A stretch of 64,000 nucleotides of DNA from an uncultured Verrucomicrobiae bacterium (GTDB taxonomy: Bacteria; Verrucomicrobiota; Verrucomicrobiia; Limisphaerales; Palsa-1400): contig CAVXRD010000001.1 in assembly GCA_963764165.1 (NCBI GenBank), forward strand, positions 96,001-160,000, given 5' to 3'. The first letter of the stretch is position 1; the number at the start of each line of letters is the position of its first letter. The notes beneath the pieces are model-generated. The model ran no database searches. It saw only the letters and a program-made list of their open reading frames with translations, and was not told the origin of the DNA. This document shows, piece after piece, positions 40,355 to 49,557 of the stretch. The position numbers and the translations under genes are program-made.

Positions 40355-40685
40355 AATCTGGAACGACCGAACTCAGGAACGGAGGGTCAAATTCCAGCAA
40401 GTGCGAATCGGGTTTCTTGAATTGCGGTCTGCTTATAGGACCATTAAACCCAACCGAGAGGCCAATCGGCATATCCGCCTCTTGTCCGGTTCCCCGACGA
40501 TTTCGGTCGACTAGCAGTGGCCTTGGCCTGAGCGGATCAAAGTCGCTGTCACACGCATCGTCAATGGCCTGCCAAAGGGAAATGACTCTCGCGCAGAGAA
40601 GATGAGCGTGCGGAGAAACAAAAGACAAATCCGCACTCTGGAAACACCGAGGAACCTCTTTTCCTGAGTTCGCTCATTCCAGATT
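40355..40685. repeat. MITE/REPIN-like element with 25-bp terminal inverted repeats
   Basis: AATCTGGAACGACCGAACTCAGGAA (40355-40379) matches the reverse complement of 40661-40685 at 23/25; no credible gene inside. Confidence 0.55.
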
Positions 40686-40745
40686 ATAAATCGCCCCCCT
40701 GAGTTTTCTTTTTTCCAAAATCTCGTATCTTTGGAGACTCGTTGC

Positions 40746-43256
40746 ATGGAAGTCGCCGAGGCCATTGACCCGCCGAAGAAATCCACGCGGTCTTCCGCGA
40801 TGGAACAGTTGCTTCGCTGGTTTGCGAAGAATCGTTGGAAGCCTTTTCCGTTTCAGCGCCAGGCATGGGATGACTGCCTCGATGGAAAGAGCGGACTGAT
40901 CCATGCGCCAACCGGCACCGGCAAAACTTACGCAGTCGCCCTCCCGCCAATGATCGGCTGGCTGGCGAAGAATCCGGAACGCCCGGGGTGGCCCGAAACG
41001 GTTCCGTTGACGGTTCTCTGGATTACTCCGTTGCGAGCGCTGGCCAATGACACGGCGCAATCCATTTTGAAACCCATCACCGATCTCAGCTTGCCGTGGA
41101 CAGTTGAATTGCGGACGGGCGATACATCGGCGGCATTGCGAGCCAGACATCGCGAGCGTTTTCCAACCGTGTTTATCACCACGCCGGAAAGCCTTTCGCT
41201 GTTGCTTTCCTATGCGGACAGCTACGAGAAACTGGCCTCGCTGCAATTCATTATCGTTGACGAATGGCATGATCTTCTCGGGACGAAACGCGGCGTGCAG
41301 ACGGAGCTTTGCCTGGCTCGCTTGCGGCATTGGATGCCCCATCTTCGCACTTGGGGGCTTTCCGCGACGCTTGGCAACTTGGACCAGGCGTTGCGCGTGT
41401 TGACCGGCGATGCGGCGGCAAACGCTTCGCTCATTTCCGGCGATTTGAAAAAGAAGGTGGAAATCGAAGTCGTCATTCCAGAAAAGGTGGAGTCGTTTCC
41501 GTGGGCCGGGCATCTTGGCCTCGATCTCCTGCCGGAGGTTGTCAAACGCCTCGAGAAACATCCAACCACCCTGCTCTTCACCAACACGCGTTCGCAGACT
41601 GAAATCTGGTTTCAAGAATTGCGCAAGGCGCGGCCAGATTGGGAATCAGAAATTGGTGTCCATCACGGTTCGATAAGCCGCGATGCGCGTGAAAACGTGG
41701 AGGCGCGGTTGCGAGCGGGCACAATCCGCTGCGTCGTTTGCACGGCGAGCCTCGATCTCGGCGTCGATTTTTCGCCGGTGTCGCAAGTCATTCAAATCGG
41801 CGCGCCGAAAGGCGTCGCGCGCATGTTGCAACGGGCGGGCCGCAGCGGGCACCGGCCGGGCGCGGTCAGCAAAATTGTGTGCGTGCCAGCGCACGCCTTG
41901 GAATTGGTGGAATTCGCGGCCGTGCGCGAAGCCATCGCCGGCGGGGAATTGGAGGCGCGCCCGCCGTTGGAACATCCGCTGGACGTTCTCGCGCAGCATA
42001 TGGTGACGGTGGCGCTGGGCAGCGGTTTCATCGAGGCGGATTTTTTTGAGGAAGTGCGCAAGAGCCACGCTTATCGCGACCTCACGCGCGAGGAATGGCA
42101 ATGGTGCCTTGATTTCGTCGTGCGCGGCGGAGCGGCGTTGCGGGCCTATCCGCAATATGCGCGCGTCGTCGAGGAGAATGGAGTTTATGTGGTTCAGGAT
42201 TTGGAAATCGGCCGGCTGCATCGAATGTCCGTGGGCACCATCACCAGCGATAGCGCGATGGCGGTGCGCGTGATGCGCGGACCAATGCTCGGCACAATTG
42301 AGGAATCCTTTATCGGACGTCTCAAACCCGGCTCGAAATTCTCATTCGCAGGATTCACTTTGGAATTGGTGCGGGTGCGCGACATGACAGCGTATGTCCG
42401 CAAAGTAAGAAAATTGAGCGGCACCGTTCCGCAATGGATGGGAGGCAAAATGCCGCTCTCCACGCAATTAGCCGCTGTTGTTCGCCGCAAGCTGGCCGAA
42501 GCGCGATGCGGGAAGTTCACTGGCGCAGAAATGCGGGCCGCCGCTCCCATTCTAAAAATCCAAAACAAATGGTCGCGCCTTCCCAATCCAGACGAACTCC
42601 TCGTCGAGCGTTGGGAAATGAAGGGCGGCACTCATCATTTCATCTTCCCGTTTGCGGGGCGGCTCGTGCATGAAGGGCTGGCCGCGCTGGCGGCTTATCG
42701 CGTCTCGCAAATTCTCCCCGTCTCCATTGCGATGACGCTCAACGATTACGGCATTGGCCTTCTGTCCGGCTCAACCTTCAAATTAACCGATGACCAATGG
42801 CGGAAGGTCTTTCGTTCCGAAAATCTATTCGACGATCTGGCAGCCTGCTTGAACTCCGCCGAACTCGCCCGCCGCCAATTTCGCGAGGTCGCGCGAATCG
42901 CCGGTCTCATCTTTCAAGGCTACCCCGGGCAAAGCAAATCCGCGCGCCAGCTTCAAGCCTCCAGCGGTTTGTTCTATGATGTCTTTGTGCGTTACGATCC
43001 AAAAAATCTGCTGCTGCAACAAGCCCAGCGCGAAGTGTGGGAAAAACAATTGGAAACCAGCCGCCTCGCCGCGACCCTTCGCGACATCTGCGGAATGAAG
43101 CTGGTTTGCTGCGAGATTCCGCGCTTGAGCCCCCTTTCATTTCCGTTGTGGGCTTCGTTTGTCCAGGCCAACATCACTTCCGAGCAATGGTCCGAGCGCG
43201 TCAAGCGCATGGCGCTGCAACTCCAGAACGCCGCGGCTTCCGACCTCGCCAAATGA
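40746..43256 (+). CDS. Ligase-associated DNA damage response Lhr-like DExH helicase
   Basis: APTGTGKT, TPLRALAND, DEWH, LSATLGN, HHGS, QRAGRSGH; coupled to the downstream metallophosphoesterase. Confidence 0.92.
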   Translation: MEVAEAIDPPKKSTRSSAMEQLLRWFAKNRWKPFPFQRQAWDDCLDGKSGLIHAPTGTGKTYAVALPPMIGWLAKNPERPGWPETVPLTVLWITPLRALANDTAQSILKPITDLSLPWTVELRTGDTSAALRARHRERFPTVFITTPESLSLLLSYADSYEKLASLQFIIVDEWHDLLGTKRGVQTELCLARLRHWMPHLRTWGLSATLGNLDQALRVLTGDAAANASLISGDLKKKVEIEVVIPEKVESFPWAGHLGLDLLPEVVKRLEKHPTTLLFTNTRSQTEIWFQELRKARPDWESEIGVHHGSISRDARENVEARLRAGTIRCVVCTASLDLGVDFSPVSQVIQIGAPKGVARMLQRAGRSGHRPGAVSKIVCVPAHALELVEFAAVREAIAGGELEARPPLEHPLDVLAQHMVTVALGSGFIEADFFEEVRKSHAYRDLTREEWQWCLDFVVRGGAALRAYPQYARVVEENGVYVVQDLEIGRLHRMSVGTITSDSAMAVRVMRGPMLGTIEESFIGRLKPGSKFSFAGFTLELVRVRDMTAYVRKVRKLSGTVPQWMGGKMPLSTQLAAVVRRKLAEARCGKFTGAEMRAAAPILKIQNKWSRLPNPDELLVERWEMKGGTHHFIFPFAGRLVHEGLAALAAYRVSQILPVSIAMTLNDYGIGLLSGSTFKLTDDQWRKVFRSENLFDDLAACLNSAELARRQFREVARIAGLIFQGYPGQSKSARQLQASSGLFYDVFVRYDPKNLLLQQAQREVWEKQLETSRLAATLRDICGMKLVCCEIPRLSPLSFPLWASFVQANITSEQWSERVKRMALQLQNAAASDLAK

Positions 43257-43924
43257 CGAGCATCGAAATTGATTGCGCCGGCGAAAAACTCCGCCTGCTT
43301 CCCGAGAAAGCGGTTCACTGGCCCGCCGCGGACACGCTTATCGTGGCCGACTTGCATTTCGGCAAACCCGCCGCCTTTCGCGCCTCGGGAATCGGAGTTC
43401 CAGAGGCAACCACTGCAACGGATTTGGAGCGACTGACAAAGCTTCTCCACGAGACAAAAGCAAGCCGCCTTGTCATCTGCGGCGACTTCACGCATGCCGC
43501 GAAAGGGATGCAGGCTGTGATGATGGGGGCGCTTGAAAAATGGCGCGGCGAGCATTCGCCAATCGAGATGATTCTCGTCGCTGGAAACCATGACCGGCGT
43601 TGCGATCCATTGCCGCAGCATTGGAATATTGTTGACGCTGGTCTGAGTTGGAATTGCAAACCGTTCGTGTTCACGCACGCACCCGGAAAAAGCAAATCCG
43701 GCTACGTCATTGCCGGGCACCTTCATCCCGCCATCGTGCTGTGGGAGAAGTTTGGCCCCTCCGTGCGCGCGCCGGCGTTTTGGTTCGGGGAGCGCGAGGC
43801 TGTTCTGCCCGCCTTCGGCAGCTTCACCGGCATGAGCCCGATTCGCCCTGAGCGCGGCGATCGCGTTTTCGCGGTGGGCAATGGTGAAATCATCCAGGTG
43901 TGCCCGGGGAGACGTAATTCTTGA
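43253..43924 (+). CDS. pdeM: Ligase-associated DNA damage response metallophosphoesterase/endonuclease
   Basis: ATG 43253 overlaps the helicase stop; ADLHFGK, GDFTH, GNHD, GHLHP, LPAFGSFTG. Confidence 0.9.
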   Translation: MTSIEIDCAGEKLRLLPEKAVHWPAADTLIVADLHFGKPAAFRASGIGVPEATTATDLERLTKLLHETKASRLVICGDFTHAAKGMQAVMMGALEKWRGEHSPIEMILVAGNHDRRCDPLPQHWNIVDAGLSWNCKPFVFTHAPGKSKSGYVIAGHLHPAIVLWEKFGPSVRAPAFWFGEREAVLPAFGSFTGMSPIRPERGDRVFAVGNGEIIQVCPGRRNS

Positions 43925-44099
43925 CACCCTGCTCTCGCGGCCCGGTGTGAGACAGAATTCTTCTTTAAGAATTAGATTGCGTCAGAATGTCCAGGCATTC
44001 AGCAGGCATGCGCGCGCTTCCGTGCGCGAGGGAAAATCTCCGGGCCGCCGAAGCGCCGTAGGCGCGGCACGTTTGTAGAAAACAATCCGAAAACATGCC

Positions 44100-44142
44100 C
44101 AGAGAACATGAGTGCGCAGAGGGATACAAAGGCAAATCCGCA
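44100..44142 (+). repeat. Dispersed 43-bp repeat (other copies at 40594-40635 and 46431-46473)
   Basis: CAGAGAACATGAGTGCGCAGAGGGATACAAAGGCAAATCCGCA; 42/43 identical to 46431-46473. Confidence 0.85.
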
Positions 44143-44275
44143 CTGATGAACCCGTATTCAGGGAAATGCCCAAAGGCGTAGCGCAGACTTCCAAGCCTGC
44201 TGGCCGCGACCTGCGACCGGCACCTTAGAATAGCCGATGCGAATCGCACCAATAGTGTGCCAAGCGGATTAAAAG

Positions 44276-44349
44276 AAAAACGTCGCGGAGAACCGCGCCG
44301 TTGGTGTGCATAGCCACCATATTACCCAGCATAGTGGCTAAGCAGCCCC
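44276..44349 (-). repeat. Diverged duplicate of the ahcY 3'UTR/terminator
   Basis: Aligns without gaps to 46722-46795 at roughly 80-85% identity (by eye). Confidence 0.8.
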
Positions 44350-44466
44350 CTTGGGGTAGGCGGTCTGGTTTGGGTTGCCGACTGCATCGTGCGCATGGCC
44401 GTTGCCGGGCGAATCCGGAATGGCAAGAAAATTGAACAACAAGCACCGTTTATTCACGCCAATCAA

Positions 44467-45123
44467 TCAAGTCGCGTCATTTGAAAGAACCCGGTGAATG
44501 TTCGGATAAAATTCCACTGGAAACCCTTCTATCAATGGCTTGCCGTCGTAATCATTGATATTGCCTGACGCGCCGTGCGCGATAAGAATTTCTGCCACCC
44601 GGGCATAGCGCCGTTCATCTTCGCCCCGTTCTATCTTATAGTCGGTAATATCCATCGCACCCAGTTGTCCAAGCGCGTCAGCCGGCACGGGAAATCCTGC
44701 GGCAACCATGATCTCGACAATGTCCGCCCTGCCGTGGAAAGTGGCCAGTTCAAGAGGGGAAGATGCGCCATATTTGAAATCGCTGTTTGCCCCATGCGAA
44801 ATGGCTTTGCGCGCAAGTTCGGCGTCTTCGCAAAAAATTGCGGCAATCAACTCGGCGTCACCACGCCGGGAAGTGTTTGCCCCCGCTTCTTCCAAAATCT
44901 GTGCTGCGTCGTGCAAGCCGCTGCGAAGCGCCACCATGAAAGCAGTCCATCCGTCTGTCTCCGCATCCTCCAACCCCGCTCCTTGAGCGATCAGCCGGCG
45001 AAGCTCAGCTAAATCGGTTGGATCCTGGGGTTGACGATTCGCCACCCATGACTCGCCCTTTGTTGCCATTGAATAGACTAGGTGCAAGATCTCATGCATA
45101 GCGTGGTGCGTCATCATATCCAT
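44467..45123 (-). CDS. Ankyrin-repeat protein (start codon uncertain)
   Basis: DGWTAFMVALRSGLHDAAQILEEAGAN and SPLELATFHGRADIVEIMVAAG. Confidence 0.75.
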   Translation of the reverse strand: MDMMTHHAMHEILHLVYSMATKGESWVANRQPQDPTDLAELRRLIAQGAGLEDAETDGWTAFMVALRSGLHDAAQILEEAGANTSRRGDAELIAAIFCEDAELARKAISHGANSDFKYGASSPLELATFHGRADIVEIMVAAGFPVPADALGQLGAMDITDYKIERGEDERRYARVAEILIAHGASGNINDYDGKPLIEGFPVEFYPNIHRVLSNDAT

Positions 45124-45581
45124 CTCAAATTTCGCCTCATTTTAAGCAATCCAACAAATAATCCGACCGAAACAGTAAGACAGACACAAAAAAGCCCCAA
45201 AAACAAAAAATACCCCAATGTGGACGTAACGGTTCCAGCATTCGCCCTATCGCGCAATACTTCGGCGTTGGGCCAAAACCACTCTCTAAATGCGCTAACA
45301 ATAACCGATGCAAAGCACGCTCCCGCTGACAAGATGCCAGATAAGCTGCCGAACCAAGCAAGCCGGCTCCGGAAGAAAAGAAAGATCGCCGAGACGAACC
45401 AAATGTAAACCAACCAAGTAAACACAACGCCATAAATCGGCATTGGTCCTGCAGGAGCGGGCGGAGGCGGAGCCGAGGTAACAAAACGCCAATTATCGGG
45501 CCAGATGGTCATCAAGAAGAACCATGCGGCCAAAATCAAATTACCGACACGCGTAGTCATATTGCGGATCGGAGTGAGCAT
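45114..45581 (-). CDS. Hypothetical membrane protein (about 4 TM)
   Basis: Four hydrophobic segments, lower GC than flanking genes, overlap with the ankyrin gene start. Confidence 0.6.
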   Translation of the reverse strand: MLTPIRNMTTRVGNLILAAWFFLMTIWPDNWRFVTSAPPPPAPAGPMPIYGVVFTWLVYIWFVSAIFLFFRSRLAWFGSLSGILSAGACFASVIVSAFREWFWPNAEVLRDRANAGTVTSTLGYFLFLGLFCVCLTVSVGLFVGLLKMRRNLRWI

Positions 45582-45676
45582 ACGATGCCGAATTGTGATT
45601 ATGCAACTCCAGTCGCAGATGTTGGCACATTATGGAAAACGCTCGATTTCCACCGCAAACCGGCCAGTCTGTCCGC

Positions 45677-46219
45677 ATGGTTGCGAAGCCCAAACTCGTC
45701 CTCTGCCTCGGCCTGGTTTTGAGCGGTGGTTTGCTTGGCTGCTCCACAACAAATCAGCGTGATAACTGGCCCGTGTTCTATGATAGCGAGAAGGGGCCAA
45801 CCCAACTTTCAATTTCGCGCGAGGCACAATCCATCGATTTTTACACAAATGGAATCCCGGCTTGGAATTATGATTTGCCTGTCCCGGCGGCAAAAATCAA
45901 CTCGCCTGTGATGAAGGATTTAGGTGACGTGGGCGGATTGCGGGTCATCGAGGTGCGGCTTGCTTTGACAGACACGTATTATACCGACGCGGTGATGATT
46001 TTGGAGGAAGTCGATTCCGGGCGCTTTTTACCGGTTTATGTTCAGGACTACAACCGTCAAGTCCGCTGGCCAACCGCCAACAGCATTACCAAAGAAAAGA
46101 AGCAACTTACGGTCAATGCAGGCATGGAGTACGCAGGAACCGGCCATTTCCACAATCATTACAAAATTGCCATTATGCCGGACCGTAATCCGGCTGTCGC
46201 AAATGAAAACAGCCGGTAG
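45677..46219 (+). CDS. Hypothetical lipoprotein
   Basis: ATG 45677 gives MVAKPKLVLCLGLVLSGGLLGC (lipobox LLGC). Confidence 0.65.
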   Translation: MVAKPKLVLCLGLVLSGGLLGCSTTNQRDNWPVFYDSEKGPTQLSISREAQSIDFYTNGIPAWNYDLPVPAAKINSPVMKDLGDVGGLRVIEVRLALTDTYYTDAVMILEEVDSGRFLPVYVQDYNRQVRWPTANSITKEKKQLTVNAGMEYAGTGHFHNHYKIAIMPDRNPAVANENSR

Positions 46220-46224
46220 CGGCT

Positions 46225-46319
46225 AATACCACGTAACAGTGTAATTGCAATATTAATTGACATTTCAGCATTGCCGCCCTATTTTTCCCTGTCGCCGTCA
46301 GGCGTGTTCTTTGACATTT
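46225..46319 (+). promoter_or_regulatory. Promoter + boxA-like cassette, copy 1
   Basis: TTGACA(46257-62), 17 bp, TATTTT(46280-85), then TGTTCTTTGACATTT(46305-19); homologous to 57468-57564 on the minus strand. Confidence 0.7.
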
Positions 46320-46521
46320 TGCGTTCGTTTCAAGTGGCGAGGAACCTCTGCTCTGCGTCTCCGCGCGAGATTTCGTTTCATGCCACAATGGAACCAAACC
46401 GCGTTCACAGAGGGAAAGAGATCTCTCGCGCAGAGAAGATGAGTGCGCAGAGGGATACAAAGGCAAATCCGCATCCCACTGAAAATGGGGGGACTATCAA
46501 AACTGGGTGGGATTCCGAGTG

Positions 46522-46594
46522 AATATTTGGGCCGACACGCCGGTCTGCCCTACCAAATTGGGGTAGGGCGGTGCTGCGCCGCCGCCCCAATATT
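46522..46594. repeat. Back-to-back GTAG-family REP-like elements
   Basis: ...GGTCTGCCCTACC aaattgg GGTAGGGCGG..., flanked by AATATT on both sides. Confidence 0.55.
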
Positions 46595-46641
46595 GCTGGA
46601 GCCTCACCCAATTTCAATTGCGCCCCTTAAATCGTGGTCAA

Positions 46642-46706
46642 GGCGTTGCACGCTATTGCACCCTATTGCACCCTTGGCTTTTTCGCGCCAAAAACCTCAT
46701 TGTGCC
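46642..46706 (+). repeat. 10-bp tandem tail (TTGCACCCTA-like x3), copy 1
   Basis: TTGCACGCTATTGCACCCTATTGCACCCTTGG...TTTTCGCG; inverted copy at 57344-57407. Confidence 0.85.
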
Positions 46707-46721
46707 CCCACCAAGTTAAGC

Positions 46722-46748
46722 AAAAACGGCGCGGAAAACCGCGCCGTT
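46722..46748 (-). terminator. Intrinsic terminator of metK-ahcY
   Basis: Minus-strand AACGGCGCGG-TTTT-CCGCGCCGTT hairpin ending in a T run, about 50 nt after the ahcY stop. Confidence 0.75.
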
Positions 46749-46797
46749 GATGTGCATAGTAACTATACTGCCCAGCATCGTGGCTGAGCCGCACCGC

Positions 46798-48270
46798 TTA
46801 ATAGCGATAATGGTCGGGCTTGTAGGGGCCTTCGGGCGAAACGCCGAGGTACTTGGCCTGTTTCGTGGTCAGCTTCGTGAGCTTGACGCCGATTTTTTCC
46901 AAGTGCAGGCGGGCCACTTCTTCGTCCAATTTCTTGGGCAGGCGGTAAACGTCCGGCTTGTAAGTTGCCTTGTTCGCCCACAGGTCAAGCTGGGCCAGCA
47001 CCTGGTTGGAGAACGAGTTCGACATCACGAAGCTCGGATGGCCGGTGGCGCAACCAAGGTTCACCAAACGTCCCTCGGCCAGCAAATAGATGCTGTTGCC
47101 TTTCGGGAAGGTGTATTTGTCCACCTGCGGTTTGATGTTCAGTTTCTTGACACCGGGAGCGGCGTTCAAGCGGTCGACTTGGATTTCGTTGTCGAAGTGG
47201 CCGATGTTGCAGACGATGGCCTGATCTTTCATCTTGGCCAAATGCTCAACCGTGATGACGTCGCAATTGCCGGTGCAGGTGACGTAAATGTCCGCCGTGC
47301 CGAGCGTGTCTTCGATGGGCGCGACTTCAAAACCTTCCATCGCCGCCTGCAAGGCGTTGATGGGATCGATTTCTGTGACAATCACGCGGGCGCCGAAACC
47401 GCGCAATGAGTGCGCCGAACCTTTGCCGACGTCGCCATAACCGCAGACGCAAGCGACTTTGCCGGCGACCATGACATCGGTCGCGCGCTTGATGCCGTCC
47501 GCCAGCGATTCGCGGCAGCCGTAAAGGTTGTCGAACTTCGATTTGGTGACAGAGTCGTTGACGTTGATGGCCGGGACAAGGAGCTTGCCGACTTCCTTCA
47601 TCTGGTAGAGGCGATGGACGCCGGTGGTCGTTTCTTCGCTGACGCCCTTCCAATCCTTCACCACGGTATGCCAGAACTTCGGTTGTTCCTTGGCCACGCG
47701 CTTGAGGAGGTTCTTGATGACGTCTTCTTCGTGCGAAGCGCTGGGCGTGTTGACCCAATTGTCGCCGTTTTCCAATTCATAACCCTTATGGATGAGCAAC
47801 GTGGCGTCGCCGCCGTCGTCAACGATCAATTCCGGGCCGAGGCCCTTCGGGAAAGCCAGCGCGCGGAAGGTGCAATCCCAATATTCTTCCAGCGATTCAC
47901 CCTTCCAGGCGAAGACCGGGATGCCAGCTTTGGCAATCGCCGCGGCGGCGTGGTCTTGCGTCGAGAAAATGTTGCAACTGGCCCAGCGCACATTGGCGCC
48001 GAGGGCCGCGAGGCTTTCAATCAGCACCGCCGTCTCGATGGTCATGTGCAGCGAACCGGTGATTCGGACGCCTTTCAGCGGCTTGCTGGCGGCGTATTTC
48101 CGGCGGATCGACATAAGGCCGGGCATCTCGTGCTCGGAAATGTCGATGGCTTTGCGGCCCCATTCAGCGAGGCTGATGTCGGCGACTTTGTAATCGGCGG
48201 TGGTTCCATTTTTAACCGCCGGCGCGGCCAGCGATTTTGCGCGGCGCGAAGGAGTAAGTTTTACAGGCAT
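46798..48270 (-). CDS. ahcY: Adenosylhomocysteinase
   Basis: [58 protein letters not shown]. Confidence 0.98.
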   Translation of the reverse strand: MPVKLTPSRRAKSLAAPAVKNGTTADYKVADISLAEWGRKAIDISEHEMPGLMSIRRKYAASKPLKGVRITGSLHMTIETAVLIESLAALGANVRWASCNIFSTQDHAAAAIAKAGIPVFAWKGESLEEYWDCTFRALAFPKGLGPELIVDDGGDATLLIHKGYELENGDNWVNTPSASHEEDVIKNLLKRVAKEQPKFWHTVVKDWKGVSEETTTGVHRLYQMKEVGKLLVPAINVNDSVTKSKFDNLYGCRESLADGIKRATDVMVAGKVACVCGYGDVGKGSAHSLRGFGARVIVTEIDPINALQAAMEGFEVAPIEDTLGTADIYVTCTGNCDVITVEHLAKMKDQAIVCNIGHFDNEIQVDRLNAAPGVKKLNIKPQVDKYTFPKGNSIYLLAEGRLVNLGCATGHPSFVMSNSFSNQVLAQLDLWANKATYKPDVYRLPKKLDEEVARLHLEKIGVKLTKLTTKQAKYLGVSPEGPYKPDHYRY

Positions 48271-48293
48271 AATATAGTTTTTAGTGGCGTTGG

Positions 48294-49472
48294 TTATTTG
48301 GCGGCTTTTTTCAAGGCAGCGGCCTTGTCCGTTTTTTCCCAGGTGATGCTGGCCAGATCGTCGATTTTGCCAAAATGGCCGTAATTGGTGGTCTTGGAAT
48401 AAATGGGGCGCAGCAAATTCAATTGCTTGATGATCGCGGCCGGCTTGAAGCTGAAGACCTGTTTGACTGCCTCCTCGATTTTCTCATCGCTGACGACGCC
48501 GGTGCCGAACGTATCGACACACACGGATACTGGGTCAGGATAGCCGATGGCGTAGGCGAATTGGATTTCCGCCCGCGTGGCCAATCCCGCCGCGACGATG
48601 TTCTTGGCGACGTAACGGCCCATGTAAGCCGCGCTGCGATCCACCTTGGACGGATCCTTGCCGCTGAACGCGCCGCCGCCATGCCGGCCCATGCCGCCGT
48701 AGCTGTCGACGATGATCTTGCGGCCGGTCAAACCGGTGTCACCCTGCGGGCCGCCGACGACGAAACGACCGGTCGGATTGATGAGGAACTGTGTTTTCTT
48801 GTCAAACAGTTCCGCTGGGAGAACCTTGTGAATGATTTCCTTGACGATGAAATCCACGATTTCCTTGTGCTTTACCTCCTCAGCGTGCTGCGTGGAGACG
48901 ACAACATTGACGATGCGGACGGGCTTTCCGTTTTCGTATTGCACCGAAACCTGCGTCTTGGAGTCCGGGCGGAGCCAGGCCACTTTGCCGGACTTGCGCA
49001 CGCGGGTTAATTCGCGACCGAGGCGATGGGCGAACATGACCGGCGCGGGCATCAATTCCGGCGTTTCATTGCAGGCGAAACCGAACATCAAACCCTGGTC
49101 ACCGGCGCCCTGCTCCGCCGTGTCCTTGCCTTCTGCCGCGCGGGCATCGACGCCCTGCGCGATATCCGGGCTCTGGCGCGTCAAAAGATTGGTGATGAAC
49201 ACCTTTTCCGCATGAAAAACGTCGTCATCATTGACGTAGCCGATCTCCGCAATGCATTCGCGGACGATGTCGTTGATGTTGACCTTGGCTTTGCTGGTAA
49301 TTTCTCCGCCGACCACCACCATGTTGCTCTTGGCATAGGTTTCGCAAGCCACGCGGCTGCGCGGATCCTGCTTCAGATATGCGTCCAGGACGGCATCAGA
49401 GATTGTGTCGCAGACTTTGTCCGGGTGGCCTTCCCCGACAGATTCGGATGAAAAAATGAAGTTCTTGTTCAT
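48294..49472 (-). CDS. metK: S-adenosylmethionine synthetase
   Basis: [33 protein letters not shown]. Confidence 0.98.
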   Translation of the reverse strand: MNKNFIFSSESVGEGHPDKVCDTISDAVLDAYLKQDPRSRVACETYAKSNMVVVGGEITSKAKVNINDIVRECIAEIGYVNDDDVFHAEKVFITNLLTRQSPDIAQGVDARAAEGKDTAEQGAGDQGLMFGFACNETPELMPAPVMFAHRLGRELTRVRKSGKVAWLRPDSKTQVSVQYENGKPVRIVNVVVSTQHAEEVKHKEIVDFIVKEIIHKVLPAELFDKKTQFLINPTGRFVVGGPQGDTGLTGRKIIVDSYGGMGRHGGGAFSGKDPSKVDRSAAYMGRYVAKNIVAAGLATRAEIQFAYAIGYPDPVSVCVDTFGTGVVSDEKIEEAVKQVFSFKPAAIIKQLNLLRPIYSKTTNYGHFGKIDDLASITWEKTDKAAALKKAAK

Positions 49473-49491
49473 GTTAAAAGTTGACAGATAC

Positions 49492-49515
49492 TCGTATTAA
49501 CGTATCTTGATACGA
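49492..49515. promoter_or_regulatory. Candidate SahR-type operator
   Basis: TCGTATTAA-CGTATC-TTGATACGA is an imperfect palindrome between divergent metK and the ArsR-methyltransferase gene. It overlaps TTGACA(49481)-16 bp-TATCTT. Confidence 0.65.
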
Positions 49516-49557
49516 AGATATATACAGTAAACCAAGCGACGGTCAAATTATATTTTC

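Noticed and set aside
40290..40628. 112-aa ORF upstream of putA
   Set aside because: It spans repeat-derived sequence and has no recognisable motifs.
44350..46224. Integron cassette array
   Set aside because: Genes lie in both orientations, and I found no integrase or recognisable attC sites.
46642..46680. CRISPR array in the TTGCACCCTA repeats
   Set aside because: These are contiguous 10-bp tandem units with no spacers, and there are no cas genes.
46300..46720. rRNA or tRNA gene downstream of the boxA-like motif
   Set aside because: No rRNA-like sequence or tRNA cloverleaf follows either copy.
49473..49557. SAM/SAH riboswitch upstream of metK
   Set aside because: The region is only 85 bp, is AT-rich and lacks recognisable aptamer motifs; a protein operator explains it better.
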